From Octopus sinensis (lineage: Eukaryota): a DNA stretch of 64,000 bases. The notes beneath the pieces are model-generated. The model worked only from the letters and a program-made list of their open reading frames with translations, was not told the origin of the DNA and did no database searches. Shown here in pieces: positions 1-12,477 of the stretch. The position numbers and the translations under genes are program-made. Where the stretch lies: contig NW_021832833.1 of the NCBI RefSeq assembly GCF_006345805.1, positions 1-64,000 on the forward strand, given 5' to 3'. Every line of letters starts with the position of its first letter. The stretch's first letter is position 1.

Positions 1-233
1 CTTCATATTTGTTAGGTGATATGATTTCTTGTTTGTATTTGTCAGCTTCCTTAAATACTGAGAACAGTTTTTTGTTTTGCTCGTGTTTTGCCGCTATTTG
101 CATCAGTTTTCCTTCTGAAGTAGATATTTTTGCAGTCCTATGGTGGTTATTTTATAATAGTTTTCCAGCTGTATAAGGCCTTTACCACATTCTATACGTT
201 GTATATATAGCCTTTCTATGTCTAGATCCTGTC
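1..233 (-). mobile_element. 5'-truncated R4/Dong-type LINE fragment running off the left edge
   Basis: Closely matches 4830-5080 of the second Dong element; ends at the (TTA)n tract 234-276. Confidence 0.85.
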
Positions 234-276
234 ATTATTATTATTATTATCATTATTATTATTATTATTATTATTA

Positions 277-3200
277 CTTTTTTTTTTCTTCTTTCAAATT
301 TTCTTCCATTTCTTGCCGAGTGTCTTCCCGACTCCTAGGGCAAAGAAACTCATAGTGTATATTGGTAGGCTATTAAACCAAACTCAGTAGTTCGTTCATT
401 TTTTTTTTTTTTTTTTTTAAGTTAAATTAAAATACATGAGCAGCAACAGTTCTCACATCGACAATGCTCTTCTCAATACGTGTGATGTACCAGTTAAGAC
501 AATCTTTTGCACTTCTTGCAGGGATGGTAAGCCAGGGATCATTCTCATATAATTTTCGGTTCCCTTCTTGATCATTCCTAGTGCTCCTACGATCACTGGT
601 ATTGTAACCGCCTTGAGATGCCACATTTTCTCAATTTCAATGAGTAGGTCTTTATATTTTCTGAGCTTGTCAAACTCTTTCGCTGAGATATTATGATCAC
701 AGGGGATGCTCATGTCGATCAATAAGCAAACTTTATTGTTTTGGTCTTTCACAACAATATCTGGTTTATTGGCCTTGGTGGTTCGGTCTGTATGTACTGG
801 AAAGTCCCACAGAATGGTTACATTTTCTCCTTCAGTTACAGCCTCAGGGTGGTGATTATACCACTTGTCGGCAGTTTTGATATTGTAATGCCGACGTATT
901 AGCCAGTGGAGATATTGGCCAACTCTGTCATGTCTTAATTTATACTCCACTGGTGCTAAGACTTTACATCCAGAGATTAGGTGGTCCACTGTTTCAATCA
1001 TGTCGTTGCAGAATCGGCATTTTGGGTCTGCTCCATTTTTCATCACATTGGCCTGGTAGTTCCGGGTTAATAGGCTTTGGTCTTGAGCAGCCAGGATGAA
1101 ACCTTCGCTCTCTGCTTTTAGCCCTGAGCTCCGCAGCCACTGATGGGTTTGCTTCTGGTCAACATCAGCTTGTTTGCTGCGGGTCACATATTTGCCGTGC
1201 AGAGGTTTCTCCTCCCACCTATCAGCCAATTGCTCGTGCGCTTTTTTCATTGCCATCATTTTCACCTTCTTTGCAACAATAGTTGCCGTACTTCCCTCGG
1301 GTTGTTCAGTTTGGGTATCCTGCACGAGATCAATAGCAATTTTTTTGCTTTCCTTGATGATAGAATGAAGCTTCTTTCGTCTCTCGTGATTTTCCACGAG
1401 CTTTAGCATCCAGTCATTCGATATTTCGAGATATTTGGCCAGTCCAATTGTGGTTGTTTTGTAAGCTAGTTCAAATTGGATCAGGCCTCGACCTCCTTGG
1501 GCTCTGGGAAGGTAAAGGCGATCTACGTCTGCCTTTGGGTGGTGCATCCTATTACAACTCAGCAGCTTGCGTATTTTCCTATCTATATTCTTTACTTCAC
1601 TCATATTCCAGTTCAACACATTGTAGCTATAAGTAACAACTGGAACTGCTAAGGAATTTATAGCTAACACCTTGTTACGTGCATTTAGTTCAGATTTCAG
1701 GACTGCACGAACTCTCCTATAACATTCCTTCCTGATTTTCTCTTTCATGCTTGCATGCTGAATACCAGAGCCTTCATTTATCCCTAAATATTTGTATGTC
1801 TGTTCTTGCTCAAGCTCTCTTATGACTGTGTCAACATCTAACACGACTGAATTTGTGGTCTTCACTTTCCCTTTCTGGAAAGTGGCCTTGGCACACTTCT
1901 CAAGTCCAAACTCCATCCCGATGTCATCGCTGAATGCTTTCACGGTGCGCAATAGGCCTTCAAGTTCATTATTGTCTTTACCATAAAGTTTTAAGTCATC
2001 CATATAAAATAGATGGCTTATTTTTTTATTGGCAATTTTATACCCATACCCTGTTCTGTTTAATTCACTTGTAAGGGGTATTAGGGCTATGCAGAATATT
2101 AAAGGTGAAAGTGAGTCACCTTGAAAAATTCCACAGTTGATGTTTATATTTTCTGAGGCAAGTACTCCGTTAGAGTGGTATAATTGGAGATTCGTATTCC
2201 ACAACGACATATTGTGCTTCAGGAAGTTTGAAATCACAGGGGAAATTTTAAAGATGTCCAGCGATCTCAAGATCCATGGATGCGGTATACTGTCGAAGGC
2301 CTTTCTATAGTCAATCCATGCGGTGCTGAGATTTCTGCGCTTGTTGTGACAGTTCTCAAGGATCATACGATTGATTAGCAGTTGATCTTTGCATCCGTAA
2401 GAGCCTCGGCGGCACCCTTTTTGTTCAATGGGGAAAATATCGTTCTTCTCCATGAATGCATATGTTTTCTCCGCCAGGATAGATTTTAGGATTTTATACG
2501 TGGTGGATAGACAGGTTATAGGCCGATAGTTTTTTGGAAGGTTGGTTTCGTTATTCTTTGGGAGTAGGTAAGTAATGCCACTTGCTAACCATTCAGGTGT
2601 TTTCTTTGGGTCTCTCAAAATTCCATTGAGCAGCTGAACTAGCTTACCGTGTGCGCACGGGAGCGATGCGAGCCAGAAATTCGGCACCCTATCTTTACCG
2701 GGGGATTTCCAATTATGGGCCTTCGTGAGTGCCTTTCTTAGGTCTGCTATTGTGATGTCTTCCCATGCTTGTTGTTGTAAATTTTGGTAGGATCCTTCAG
2801 TTTGTATAATCCAGTCTGCATTTATGTTGTACGTCTTCTTGTCACTCCAAATCCTTTCCCAAAAGCTTTGAACTTCTTCCATGGGAGGGGGGTCTTTAAC
2901 GGTTACTTTCTCCTTCCCTATTTCTCTGTAGAATTTTTTGGCATTGGATGTGAACAGCTTATTTTGCTTGTAAAACTTGTTTCTCTTCTCAAATCTTCGT
3001 ATTCTTTGGGCTTTTGCTTGGACATTTTGTTTCAGCGTTTCTTTTATTGATATCAGTTCTTCTCTAGGTGAGGATCCAAATTTTCTCTTCATCTTTCTTC
3101 CTGTTCTGGATCTTACATCATTTTCACATATTAGTTCATTTAATATTGATATTTCCCCTCTCATAAATTCAATCTTTTTTTTTCAATTTTACTTCTCCAG

Positions 3201-3778
3201 GTTTGATTTCTTCCCAGGTTTTGTTTTCTTTGTTTTTTCGGGGGCATACAGCTGGTTTCAATTGCCCTAGCAGAAGCGTAAATAATTTCATTTAACTCAG
3301 TAAAATCAGGTTTTAATTCTCGTATTATTTCATTTGTTACATAGTTGCCAATTTGGATTTGTTTTTTATTTTGGTTTGTATTTGAGAGTTTATGAAGCGG
3401 TTCTCTATCATTCATACTTGTATGTCTTACAACTTCAAGCGTATTCAGGATTTTCTGCCTCATTTCTGCCATAGACTCTCTGTGTTCTTCAGCAAATGCG
3501 AGAACTTCAGTTACTGTTGTTTTTTCGTTTTCCTGGCTATCTTTAACAGGTACAATAGAATTTCTTGTATCTTCAGGCCTTTGCGTACTTTGGTCAGATG
3601 GCAGTCTTTCAATTAAGCCTCGTGGCGGGCTATACTGTTCATCTGATTCTTCATTTCCTTTGTGTCTTATATTTATGTCATTTTCCGTTGCGTGCTTGAT
3701 CGCACTTATTTCACTGTCTGTGAGTCTGTTATTTCTAAAGATATCCCTCCTCACATTTGCTAATTTGTTCTTGTCCAA
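277..3778 (-). mobile_element. Near full-length R4/Dong-clade non-LTR retrotransposon (RT plus RLE endonuclease)
   Basis: ORFs 3161-3778 and 453-3164 are joined by one frameshift at an A-run. Motifs QGDSLSP, YMDD, CRFC..H..SGC zinc finger and KPDIVV..LIDMSIP..KY. About 175-nt 3'UTR; (TAA)n on both sides. Confidence 0.93.
453..3164 (-). CDS. Reverse transcriptase / CCHC zinc finger / restriction-like endonuclease polyprotein (main part)
   Basis: 903-aa ORF with NYRPITCL, WIDYRKAFDS, QGDSLSP, YMDDLKL and a PD..D endonuclease motif. Confidence 0.92.
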   Translation of the reverse strand: MRGEISILNELICENDVRSRTGRKMKRKFGSSPREELISIKETLKQNVQAKAQRIRRFEKRNKFYKQNKLFTSNAKKFYREIGKEKVTVKDPPPMEEVQSFWERIWSDKKTYNINADWIIQTEGSYQNLQQQAWEDITIADLRKALTKAHNWKSPGKDRVPNFWLASLPCAHGKLVQLLNGILRDPKKTPEWLASGITYLLPKNNETNLPKNYRPITCLSTTYKILKSILAEKTYAFMEKNDIFPIEQKGCRRGSYGCKDQLLINRMILENCHNKRRNLSTAWIDYRKAFDSIPHPWILRSLDIFKISPVISNFLKHNMSLWNTNLQLYHSNGVLASENININCGIFQGDSLSPLIFCIALIPLTSELNRTGYGYKIANKKISHLFYMDDLKLYGKDNNELEGLLRTVKAFSDDIGMEFGLEKCAKATFQKGKVKTTNSVVLDVDTVIRELEQEQTYKYLGINEGSGIQHASMKEKIRKECYRRVRAVLKSELNARNKVLAINSLAVPVVTYSYNVLNWNMSEVKNIDRKIRKLLSCNRMHHPKADVDRLYLPRAQGGRGLIQFELAYKTTTIGLAKYLEISNDWMLKLVENHERRKKLHSIIKESKKIAIDLVQDTQTEQPEGSTATIVAKKVKMMAMKKAHEQLADRWEEKPLHGKYVTRSKQADVDQKQTHQWLRSSGLKAESEGFILAAQDQSLLTRNYQANVMKNGADPKCRFCNDMIETVDHLISGCKVLAPVEYKLRHDRVGQYLHWLIRRHYNIKTADKWYNHHPEAVTEGENVTILWDFPVHTDRTTKANKPDIVVKDQNNKVCLLIDMSIPCDHNISAKEFDKLRKYKDLLIEIEKMWHLKAVTIPVIVGALGMIKKGTENYMRMIPGLPSLQEVQKIVLTGTSHVLRRALSM

Positions 3779-3862
<84 letters not shown>
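3779..3862. repeat. (TTA)n microsatellite separating stacked Dong elements (also 234-276 and about 5494-5563)
   Basis: Direct reading of the sequence. Confidence 0.95.
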
Positions 3863-3865
<3 letters not shown>

Positions 3866-5491
3866 TAGTTTTATTTTTATAGCGTGCTTTCACTTCACTA
3901 CCGAGCGCAGCTCTGTGTGCCTTGGGTATGTGCTGTGATTTGTTGTGATGCTCTGATGGTTATTGTATGGAAAGTGCTCTGCGTAGGATGTGTGCAGTGC
4001 CTAGTAGTGCAATTTTCTGTATGATATATGTGTTTGTAAGTCCTGGTGTTTTTGTTATGTATTTGTCTGAATATTTTTTTATCATGCCTAATGCACCTAC
4101 TATGATAGGAATTGTTTCTGTTTTCAGATTCCACATTCTAGTTACCTCTATTTCCAGGTCTTTGTATTTTGAGAGTTTCTCCATTTCTTTTAGAGACACG
4201 TTGTCATCTGCCGGTATTGATAGATCAATTAGAAAGCATTTTTTTTCTTCATGATCTCTGACAACTATATCTGGTCTGTTGGCCTTAATTTCTCTATCTG
4301 TGTGTATCGGCATATCCCAGAGTATGGTTGCTTTCTCGTTTTCTGTAACCTTTTCTGGTGTGTGCCTATACCATCTTTTTTCTGTTATTATTCCATAATG
4401 TTGGCATGGCTTCCAGTGTATGTAGGTTCCAACTTTGTCATGTCTGTGAATGTATTCCTTCTTAGCCAGGACTGGGCAGCTAGAGATAATATGATTTATT
4501 GTTTCTTGTCCATCTCCACATATTCTGCAGTTACTTGTAATATTTCTTTTCATTACATGTTTTTGGTAATTTCTGGTGGGGAGGCTTTGGTCTTGTGCTG
4601 CAATTAAAAATCCCTCTGTTTCTGCTTTGAGTCCTGAGCTTCTCAACCATTGCTGGGATCTTTCTTTGTCTATTTCTTTTGCGTTTAGTTTAGTGCAGTA
4701 TTTACCATGAAGGGGCTTTTCTTGCCATCGTTTTATCATGGTTCGTTGCTGTTCTATTTTTAGTTTGGATTTCATTTGTTTTATAGCTTTTGTTGTTTCT
4801 TCATCATCTTCTTCTTCTTCTTCTTCGTGTTTATTAGGTGGTATGATTTCTTGTTTGTATTTGTCAGCTTCCTTAAATACTGAGAACAGTTTTTTGTTTT
4901 GCTCGTGTTTTGCTGCTATCTGGATCAGTTTTCCTTCCTTCTGAAGTAGGTATTTTTGCAGTCCTATGGTGGTTATTTTATAGTAGTTTTCCAGCTGTAT
5001 AAGACCTCTACCACCTTCTATACGTTGTATATATAGTCTTTCTATGTCAGATTTTGGGTGATGCATCCTAGATCCTGTCAGTATTTTTCTTGTTTTCCTA
5101 TCTATTTTGGACAGTTCATTTCGTGTCCAGTTAAGGATATTGTAGCTGTAACTTATAACTGGGACAGCTAAAGTGTTGATACCTATTATCTTGTTTTTAG
5201 CATTGAGCTCTGTTTTTAGTATTGATCTAACTCGTCTATAATATTCTTTTTTTATTTTCTCTTTCATTTGTGTGTGTTGTGTCTTATCTAGTTCATGGAT
5301 TCCTAAGTATTTGTAAGTTTGGCTTTGGTCTAATTCTTTTATTTCATTGGTTTTATCTAGTGTGATGTTGTTACTTTTAACTAGTTTTCCTCTTTTCATG
5401 GTTACTTTGGCGCATTTTTCTAATCCAAATTTCATATCTATTTCTTTGGTAAATCCATGAACTGTCTTTAATAGTTTATTATTTATTATTA

Positions 5492-5493
<2 letters not shown>
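3863..5493 (-). mobile_element. 5'-truncated R4/Dong-type LINE, second subfamily
   Basis: 511-aa open frame beginning just after the YMDD motif (KFGLEKCAK, CRICG..H..SSC, RPDIVV); about 100-nt 3'UTR; (TAA)n on both sides. Confidence 0.92.
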
Positions 5494-5564
<71 letters not shown>

Positions 5565-5702
5565 GGCGGCGAGCTGGCAGAATCGTTAGCATGCCGGGCA
5601 AAATGATTACCAGCATTTCGTTCCTTTTTAACGTTCTGAGTTCAAATTCTGCCGAGGTCGATTTTGCTTTTCATCCTTTTGAGGTCGGTGAAATAAGTAC
5701 CA
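5565..5702 (+). mobile_element. SINE family A, partial (further single copies at 6087-6318 and 6688-6850)
   Basis: Head ggcggcgagctggcagaa..gttctgagttcaaattc recurs more than 15 times in the window. Confidence 0.8.
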
Positions 5703-5734
5703 TCGCTTGACAACCGACGGTGTGTGGAGGTAGC

Positions 5735-5911
5735 AAACACAGACACAAGTAACAAATACATACATATATACGACGGGCCTCTTTCAGTTTCTGTCTACTC
5801 ACAGGGATTTAATCAACCCGAGGCACTTGCCCAAGGTGCCACACAGTGGGACTGAACCCAGAACCATGTGGTTGAGAAGCAAGCTTCTTACCACACAGCC
5901 ACTCCTGTGCC
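5735..5911 (-). mobile_element. SINE family B, partial
   Basis: Reverse complement of the ggcgcaggagtggctgtgtggtaag head with the ttgggcaagtg core. Confidence 0.8.
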
Positions 5912-6361
5912 TAGTAGAAAAACTAAAAGTTTATTAATATTTTGCTCTGATACAGGGCCGCTTAAGAAAGTAATCTGGCTGCTGCGAAATCCTGTTTGAA
6001 AATTGGTGTGGATTGTAAAGAGATCCTGGATCATGAGTGTCGGTATTTTTAATGTTGTATCTATTTTTCATATTTGATTAATGAAAGGTGGCGAGCTGGC
6101 AGAAACATTAGCACGCCAGGCGAAATGCTAAGCGGTATTTCGTCTGTCGTTACGTTCTGAGTTCAAATTCCGCCGATGTCGACATTGCCTTTCATCCTTT
6201 CGGGGTCGATAAATAAAGTACCAGTTTCGCATTGGGGTCGATGTAATCGACTTTATCCCTTTCTCTGTCCTTGTTTGTCCCTTCTATGTTTAGCCCCTTG
6301 TGGGCTATGACAGGGAAATATTAAAAAAAACATGTTCAAAAATATATTAAATATATTAAGT

Positions 6362-6630
6362 GGAGGCACATGGCCTATAGGTTAGAGCAGTGTACTCGCG
6401 GTCGAGGGAACACGGGTTCGAATTTCACACTGGGCGATGAATGTTCTTATGAGCGAAACACCTAAAGCGGCTCTGGCAGAAAGTAATGGCAAACTTCTGC
6501 TGAATTTCGCAGCAACTTTCTCTCACTCTTTCTTCCTGCATCTAGACGCTCACCTGCTACGGATCAGCGTCACGTCCAGGTGAGGAACCTATACGCAAAT
6601 GAAACCCGGAAACAGAGAAGGAACGAACAA
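6362..6630 (+). mobile_element. SINE family C (tRNA-Arg-like head)
   Basis: ggaggc..atggcc..ggttagagcag..actcgcggt head with A/B-box-like motifs, followed by a non-tRNA body shared with 30752, 31502 and 60802. Confidence 0.75.
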
Positions 6631-7364
6631 CATACATATATTAAAATGTCGCATTTCACATTACTACATTATTTATTAGCACACTGAGCGAAATGCTTAG
6701 CAGTATTTCGCCCGTCGCTACGTTCTGAGTTCAAATTCCGCTGAGGTCGATTTTGCCTTTCCTCCTTTTGACATCGATAAATTAAATACCAACGAAATCG
6801 ATTTGTCCCCTCCCCCAAAACTTCAGGTCTTATGCCTATAATAGGAAGGACTATTTGTCTGCTCTAGTAAACTTACATCGCAGGAGATACAACGGTCAGG
6901 AAACAGTATACGATGCTCTTCATTTATATATGCATGCGTGTAGACTTTGCGTTTGTGTGTATGTGTAGGTGAATGTATGTATTTGTATAATCGTGTATAT
7001 GGTGTATATTTAAATGTGTATATTTCTCTGTGAATGTATATATGAATTCCAGTATTTTGATAGGAGCGAAGTCACCGCAAGAACGAAGTTCTAGATTGTT
7101 GAATTCTTTGGGAAAATCAATTGAGAAATAATCTTTGTTGCTATAGGCACAGAAACTATTATTGTACGAATATTTGATAAACGTTCTATTTTTTAACAAG
7201 GCTGACGATTTTTAGGGGACTGGCTCGACTGGTCCCTTATTTCATCGACACTGAAAGAATGAAAGGCTAAGTCAGTCACGGCAGAATTCAAGTTCAGAAC
7301 ATAAAGAGGATTCTGTCAATATTGATTTCAAATTTTGGTACAAGGCCAGCATTTTCCTGGAGGT

Positions 7365-8087
7365 TGTAAGTCGAGTGCATCGACCCCATTACTCAACTGG
7401 TATTTATTTTGTTGAGCCCGAAATGATAAAAGTCAAAGTCGACCATGGCGGAACTTGAACGCAGAACGTGAAGACGGACGACATGCCTATTTATTTACTA
7501 CCCACAAGGGGTTAAACACAGAGGGGACAAACAAGGACAGACAAACGAATAAAGTCGATTGCATCGACTCCAGTGCACAACTGGTACTTAATTTATCGAC
7601 CCCCGAAAGGATGAAAGGCAAACTCGACCATGACGGAATTTGAACTCAGTATGTAACGGCAGACGAAATACCTATTTCTTTACTACCCACAAGGGGCTAA
7701 ACATAGAGTGGACAAACAAGGACAGACAAAAGGATTAAGTCGATTACATCGACCCCAGTGCGTTTCTGGTACTTGATTTATCGACCCCGAAAGGATGAAA
7801 GGCAAAGTCGACCTCCACGGAATTTGAACTCTCAACGTAACGGCAGACGAAATACCTATTTCTTTACTACCCACAAGGGGCTAAACACAGAGAGGACAAA
7901 CAAGGACAGACAAAAGGATTAAGTCGATTACATCGACCCCAGTGCGTAACTGGTACTTATTTAATCGACCTCGAAAGGTTGAAAGGCAAAGTCGACCTTG
8001 GCGGAATTTGAACTCAGAACGTAACGGCAGACTAAATACCGCTAAGCATTTCGCCCGGCGTGCTAACGTTTCGGCCAGCTCGCCGCC
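7365..8087 (-). repeat. Head-to-tail concatemer of SINE family A (about 187-bp units)
   Basis: Three to four units with the repeated junction gtaaagaaata|ggtatttcgtctgcc; a full head only at 8087. Confidence 0.85.
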
Positions 8088-8699
8088 TTATGAATATTCA
8101 ATATTAACATCATTCCAACCATTGTCAAGGCAGTGTATTAACCGTCTCTTTCCACCTGTCTATCATTGTTGGTTTCAGGTTTTCTGTATTTGCTGTTTGT
8201 GTATCCAACTTGTTCAAATTTCTTTGCGCTCAATGCTTTTTTTTTTTAATCTCAAATATCATGCAAAGCATATTTTATTATTTATCAATTCAAACCCCGG
8301 TGTGATGGCAGAGTCTTATTTTATTGAACCCCCTTTCGGTGACCTGCTGGCAGAAGAGAGCAAAGATTTGATAAAGATTGATCCACTGAGAATAGAATAT
8401 ACTGGGTGTGTCATATACATTTACCCATTATGTAAACAATTAATTATCCATTATTCAAACATAAATCAAAGCAGTCTTATTCGTAAACATAGTTGCAGAT
8501 GTTGCATAACGTTTATTAACGTTCTTTTGTTTTATTGTTCGCCCTTAATTAAATATGGTGGCTCATACAACACGTGAACAAATTGTAGCATTGAAAATGG
8601 CTGGGATAAAGGATTATAAAGTGAAAATGGCAACTATAAATAGTTAAGGGCTATAGTGAAAGCAAAGGAGACGATTTTGAATTGTAAATATGTGTAAAA

Positions 8700-9091
8700 C
8701 TAGCAGTATCTCCCGGCGTTGCTCGGGTTTGTTTCGACCCTTTAGAATTGGAATTTTTGAAAAGTAAAAATTGTCCATTATGTAGCTTGTTATTCTCTTT
8801 AAGTGAACATTTTTCTGGTTGAAATACACCGAAAAATAATGACACAGCAGTCAAAAAATCGTAAAAAATAGGGATTTTCATAGAAAAAAAGTACCTTTTT
8901 GATGTAACTAATTTTTGGTGTTAACATGGTTCGATTTGAATTTTTTCTACTATGGAAGGAAGAGCAAGCCTACTTCTATCATACTCTCAATTTTGGTCAA
9001 CTTGCGCCGCAGGGTCTCGGAGGAGATAGTGTTAGTTGAAGCCTACAAAACCTGCCATACACAGACAACTTCAGCTTTATATAGAGAGAGA
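8700..9091 (-). mobile_element. Non-autonomous Helitron-like element
   Basis: Minus strand starts A|TC at 9091 and ends with an imperfect hairpin cccgagc-aac-gccggg 8 nt before CTAG|T at 8700. Confidence 0.65.
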
Positions 9092-9404
9092 TTAATAATA
9101 TACGTATATCACAATCAAGCTCTCCATTTTCATCATCCAAGACCTAGAACTTTATATTGTATGATAAAATAAGTAATGGCTAAATGCGAGTATATAAACC
9201 GCCCTCACTATATGAGAAAAGCAAAACACAACATATTGATGTTCATAAGCATATGAAATACTAGCAGGTTTAATAGGGAACTAGAACAATGTACGACTTG
9301 AATTTAATTTTGCAGTGCTCTGGGCTATGATTTATATTGTATTACGATTCATCGTTCAGATTCCATGTGTTAGCTTTCGCAATTTAGTAAATTTATCAAA
9401 AAGA

Positions 9405-9915
9405 CGGTAAGCAGGCAGAATTGTTAGCACGCCGGGCGAAATGCTTAGCGGTACTTCGTCTGCCGCTACGTTCTGAGTTCAAATTTCGCCGATGTCGACT
9501 TTGCCTTTCATCCATTCGGAGTCGATAAAGTAAGTAACAGTTACGCACTATGGTCGATGTAATTGACTTAATCCGGTTGTCTGTCCTTGTTTGTCCCCTC
9601 TGTGTTTAGCCCCTTGTGGGTAGTAAAGAAATAGGTACTTCGTCTGCTGCTACGTTCTGAGTTCAAATTCCGCCGAGGTCGACTTTGCCTTTCGAGGTTG
9701 GCCAGTTACGCACCGGGGTCGATATGATCGACTTAATCCGTTTGTCTATCCTTGTTTGTCCCCTCTGTGTGTAGCCCTTTGTGGGCAATAAAGCAATAAG
9801 AATCGTTAGCACGCCGGGCGAAATGCTTAGCGTTATTTTTTCTGTGCTTACGTTCTGAGTTGGAATTCCGCCGAGGTCGATTTTTCCTTTTGAGGTGGAT
9901 AAAATAGGTACCGGT
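9405..9915 (+). repeat. SINE family A concatemer
   Basis: Three partial units with the same junction types as 7365-8087 and 23692-24573. Confidence 0.8.
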
Positions 9916-10221
9916 TGGGCAACTTTACTCCTGGATATGAGTGTAAAAGCTGCACACCTCTGCCAAGTCATGTCAATCCAGTGTGCCAGAATACGATCAC
10001 CAAACCAGTATGTTCTCAAGTTCAAAATCACGGCCTCCACCTCAGACCGTGGTTGTTGGAGAGAATATGCTGAGGCCTTCGTCCTTCATGTGGACTGAAC
10101 ATGGCCAAAGAAAAAAAAGAAAGAATACGATTTATCAGTTGAAGCTTAAGCATTCGATCGAAATTTTAACAAGATCGATAGAACAAGAGAATCGATGACC
10201 CAACTCTCCTATCACTAAAAG

Positions 10222-10545
10222 GGTAAAGACCCACTTCAGTTATGACTGACCATGGGATTGTACCTACAAAGTCACCCTCCGTGGCACAAGTCTGGACAAG
10301 GTTTTTATGGAAGACCAGCAGTCACCCATGCATACCAGCCTCCTCCTCTCCACACCACAAAGGGAAAGGAAAAGGCCGATACAGCTTGGCACCAGTGACG
10401 TGGCAGCACATTGCTACAGCTGAGTGAACTGGAGCAACATGAAATAAAGTGTCTTGCTCAAGAGCACAACACACAGCCCTGGTCAGGAATCGAACTCACT
10501 ACTTCATGATTGTGAGTCCGATGCTCTAACCATTGACCCATGCGC
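10222..10545 (-). mobile_element. SINE family D (tRNA head plus gtgctcttgagcaagacact core); duplicate at 24882-25202
   Basis: Minus strand gcgcatgggtcaatggttagagcatcggactcacaatc..gagttcgattcctgacc is tRNA-like. Confidence 0.7.
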
Positions 10546-10799
10546 TTCAACACTAAGCAATATATTATGGACAACTAAGGATTAAGTACTTACGAGCTGT
10601 TACGTGAATAACAATACAAAATCTAGGTAAATATATAAAAACACGAAACATCAAATTATTTGTTTTGTGATTATAAATCGGTATTTATCGGAAATAAACA
10701 ACCTGCCGGAGTGCAAAACACAAGTTTTATATAAATATATATACATATATTTGCGCACGCATGTATGTTTATGTGTGTGTATGTTTGTGTGTGTGTGTG

Positions 10800-10849
<50 letters not shown>

Positions 10850-10872
10850 AGGGAACAGCTTTTCTTTTGCAC

Positions 10873-11285
10873 AGGCGCAGGAGTGGCTGTGTGGTAAGTA
10901 GCTTGTTTACCAACCACATAGTTCCGGGTTCAGTCCCACTGCGTGGCACATTGGGCAAGTGTCTTCTACTATAGCCTCGGACCGACCAAAGCCTTGTGAG
11001 TGGATTTGGTAGACGGAAACTGAAAGAAGCTCGTCGAATGTATGTATATATATATATATGCGTGTGTGTGTTTGTGTGTCTCTGTTTGTCCCCCTAGCAT
11101 TGCTTGACAACCGATGCTGGTGTGTTTATGTCCCCGTTACTTAGCGGTTCGGCAAAAGAGACTGATAGAATAAGTACAGGGCTTACAAAAGAATAAGTCC
11201 CGTAGTCGAGTGGCTCGATTAAAGGCGGTGCTCCAGCATGGCCGCAGTCAAATGACTGAAACTAATAAAAGAGTAAAGAGAGAGT
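10873..11285 (+). mobile_element. SINE family B, full length (duplicate at 25534-25945; another copy at 33664-34070)
   Basis: Head, internal (AT/GT)n, and tail ending ..gactgaaac..aaaagagtaaagag. Confidence 0.85.
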
Positions 11286-11958
11286 AAAGGGATATAATAT
11301 TCAAAAACACGACTATGTTCATGTTTGATGTTTTTTGTGTATACATATGTATATATGTTCACGTTTGATGTTTTTTATATGGTTTTTGTTTGTTTATATA
11401 TGTCGTAAATCTTTATGAGTTCTTTATGTTTGGTCTGGAACAACAGCGATTGTTAATCCTATAGTTTGATACTCCGAGCCTTTTTTTTATCGTCTTAATC
11501 TTAAAATAAACTATTGTAATCGCGTGTTGTCCGTATGATCTGCATAAAGTTGCAAAACGTCTTGGCAATAATTTTATAACTGATAAAATTATTAACTCCG
11601 AATTTAAAATTATACACCGTTAAATCCAGATAGATTTCAAGATATGATTTTTTTAACACTTTTTTTATTATTTTTCATTATATATTTAAGTGTTAAGCAT
11701 TTGTGTGCTTAATTTATTGAGTATTTCGCTATTTTTATTCCTTTTCTTTTATTCATTTATTTGTTTCAGTCATTTGACAGCGGCCATGCTGGAGCACCGC
11801 CTTTAGTCGAGCAAATCGACCCCAGGACTTATTCTTCTTAAGCCTAGTACTTATTCTATCGGTGTAGCTTGCCGAACCGCTAAGTTAGGGGGACGTAAAC
11901 ACACCAGCATCGGTTGTCAAGCGGTGTTGGGTGAACAAACACAGACACAAACATATAT

Positions 11959-11991
<33 letters not shown>

Positions 11992-12029
11992 CATACACAT
12001 ATATATATACATATACATATATGTATATA

Positions 12030-12333
12030 TATATTAGAATAAATGAAGTAATCAGATCGCATGGTTCATATTTATAGATATTTATTTATATATTACATTT
12101 TTTACATATATATCATATCATTCAGATCATATCATTCGGATTAGCGCTTTCTCCCAATCCAGTGGGGTTTTCAAATCAAAATTGATTTGAAAACCCCACT
12201 GGATTGGGAGAAAGCGCTAATCCGAATGATATGATCTGAATGATATGATATATATATGTAAAAAATGTAATATATAAATAAATATCTATAAATATGAACC
12301 ATCCGATCTGATTACCTCATTTTTTCTAATATA
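12030..12333. repeat. Long near-perfect palindrome (about 150-bp arms, 2-nt loop at 12180-12181)
   Basis: The centre ..tcaaatcaa-aa-ttgatttga.. is symmetric and the symmetry extends outward to the (AT)n flanks with few mismatches. Confidence 0.9.
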
Positions 12334-12371
12334 TAATACCTGTACATCATCTCCAAACCTTCTAATATATA

Positions 12372-12477
<106 letters not shown>

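Noticed and set aside
6877-6923. Minus-strand MKSIVYCFLTVVSPA followed by GTAAGT as a first coding exon
   Set aside because: Weak signal-peptide character and no downstream partner exon; compatible with chance.
9895-10098. ORF conserved between the two duplicated segments
   Set aside because: Conservation is explained by the duplication; the end (DRGCWREYAEAFVL) resembles an RTE LINE C-terminus remnant.
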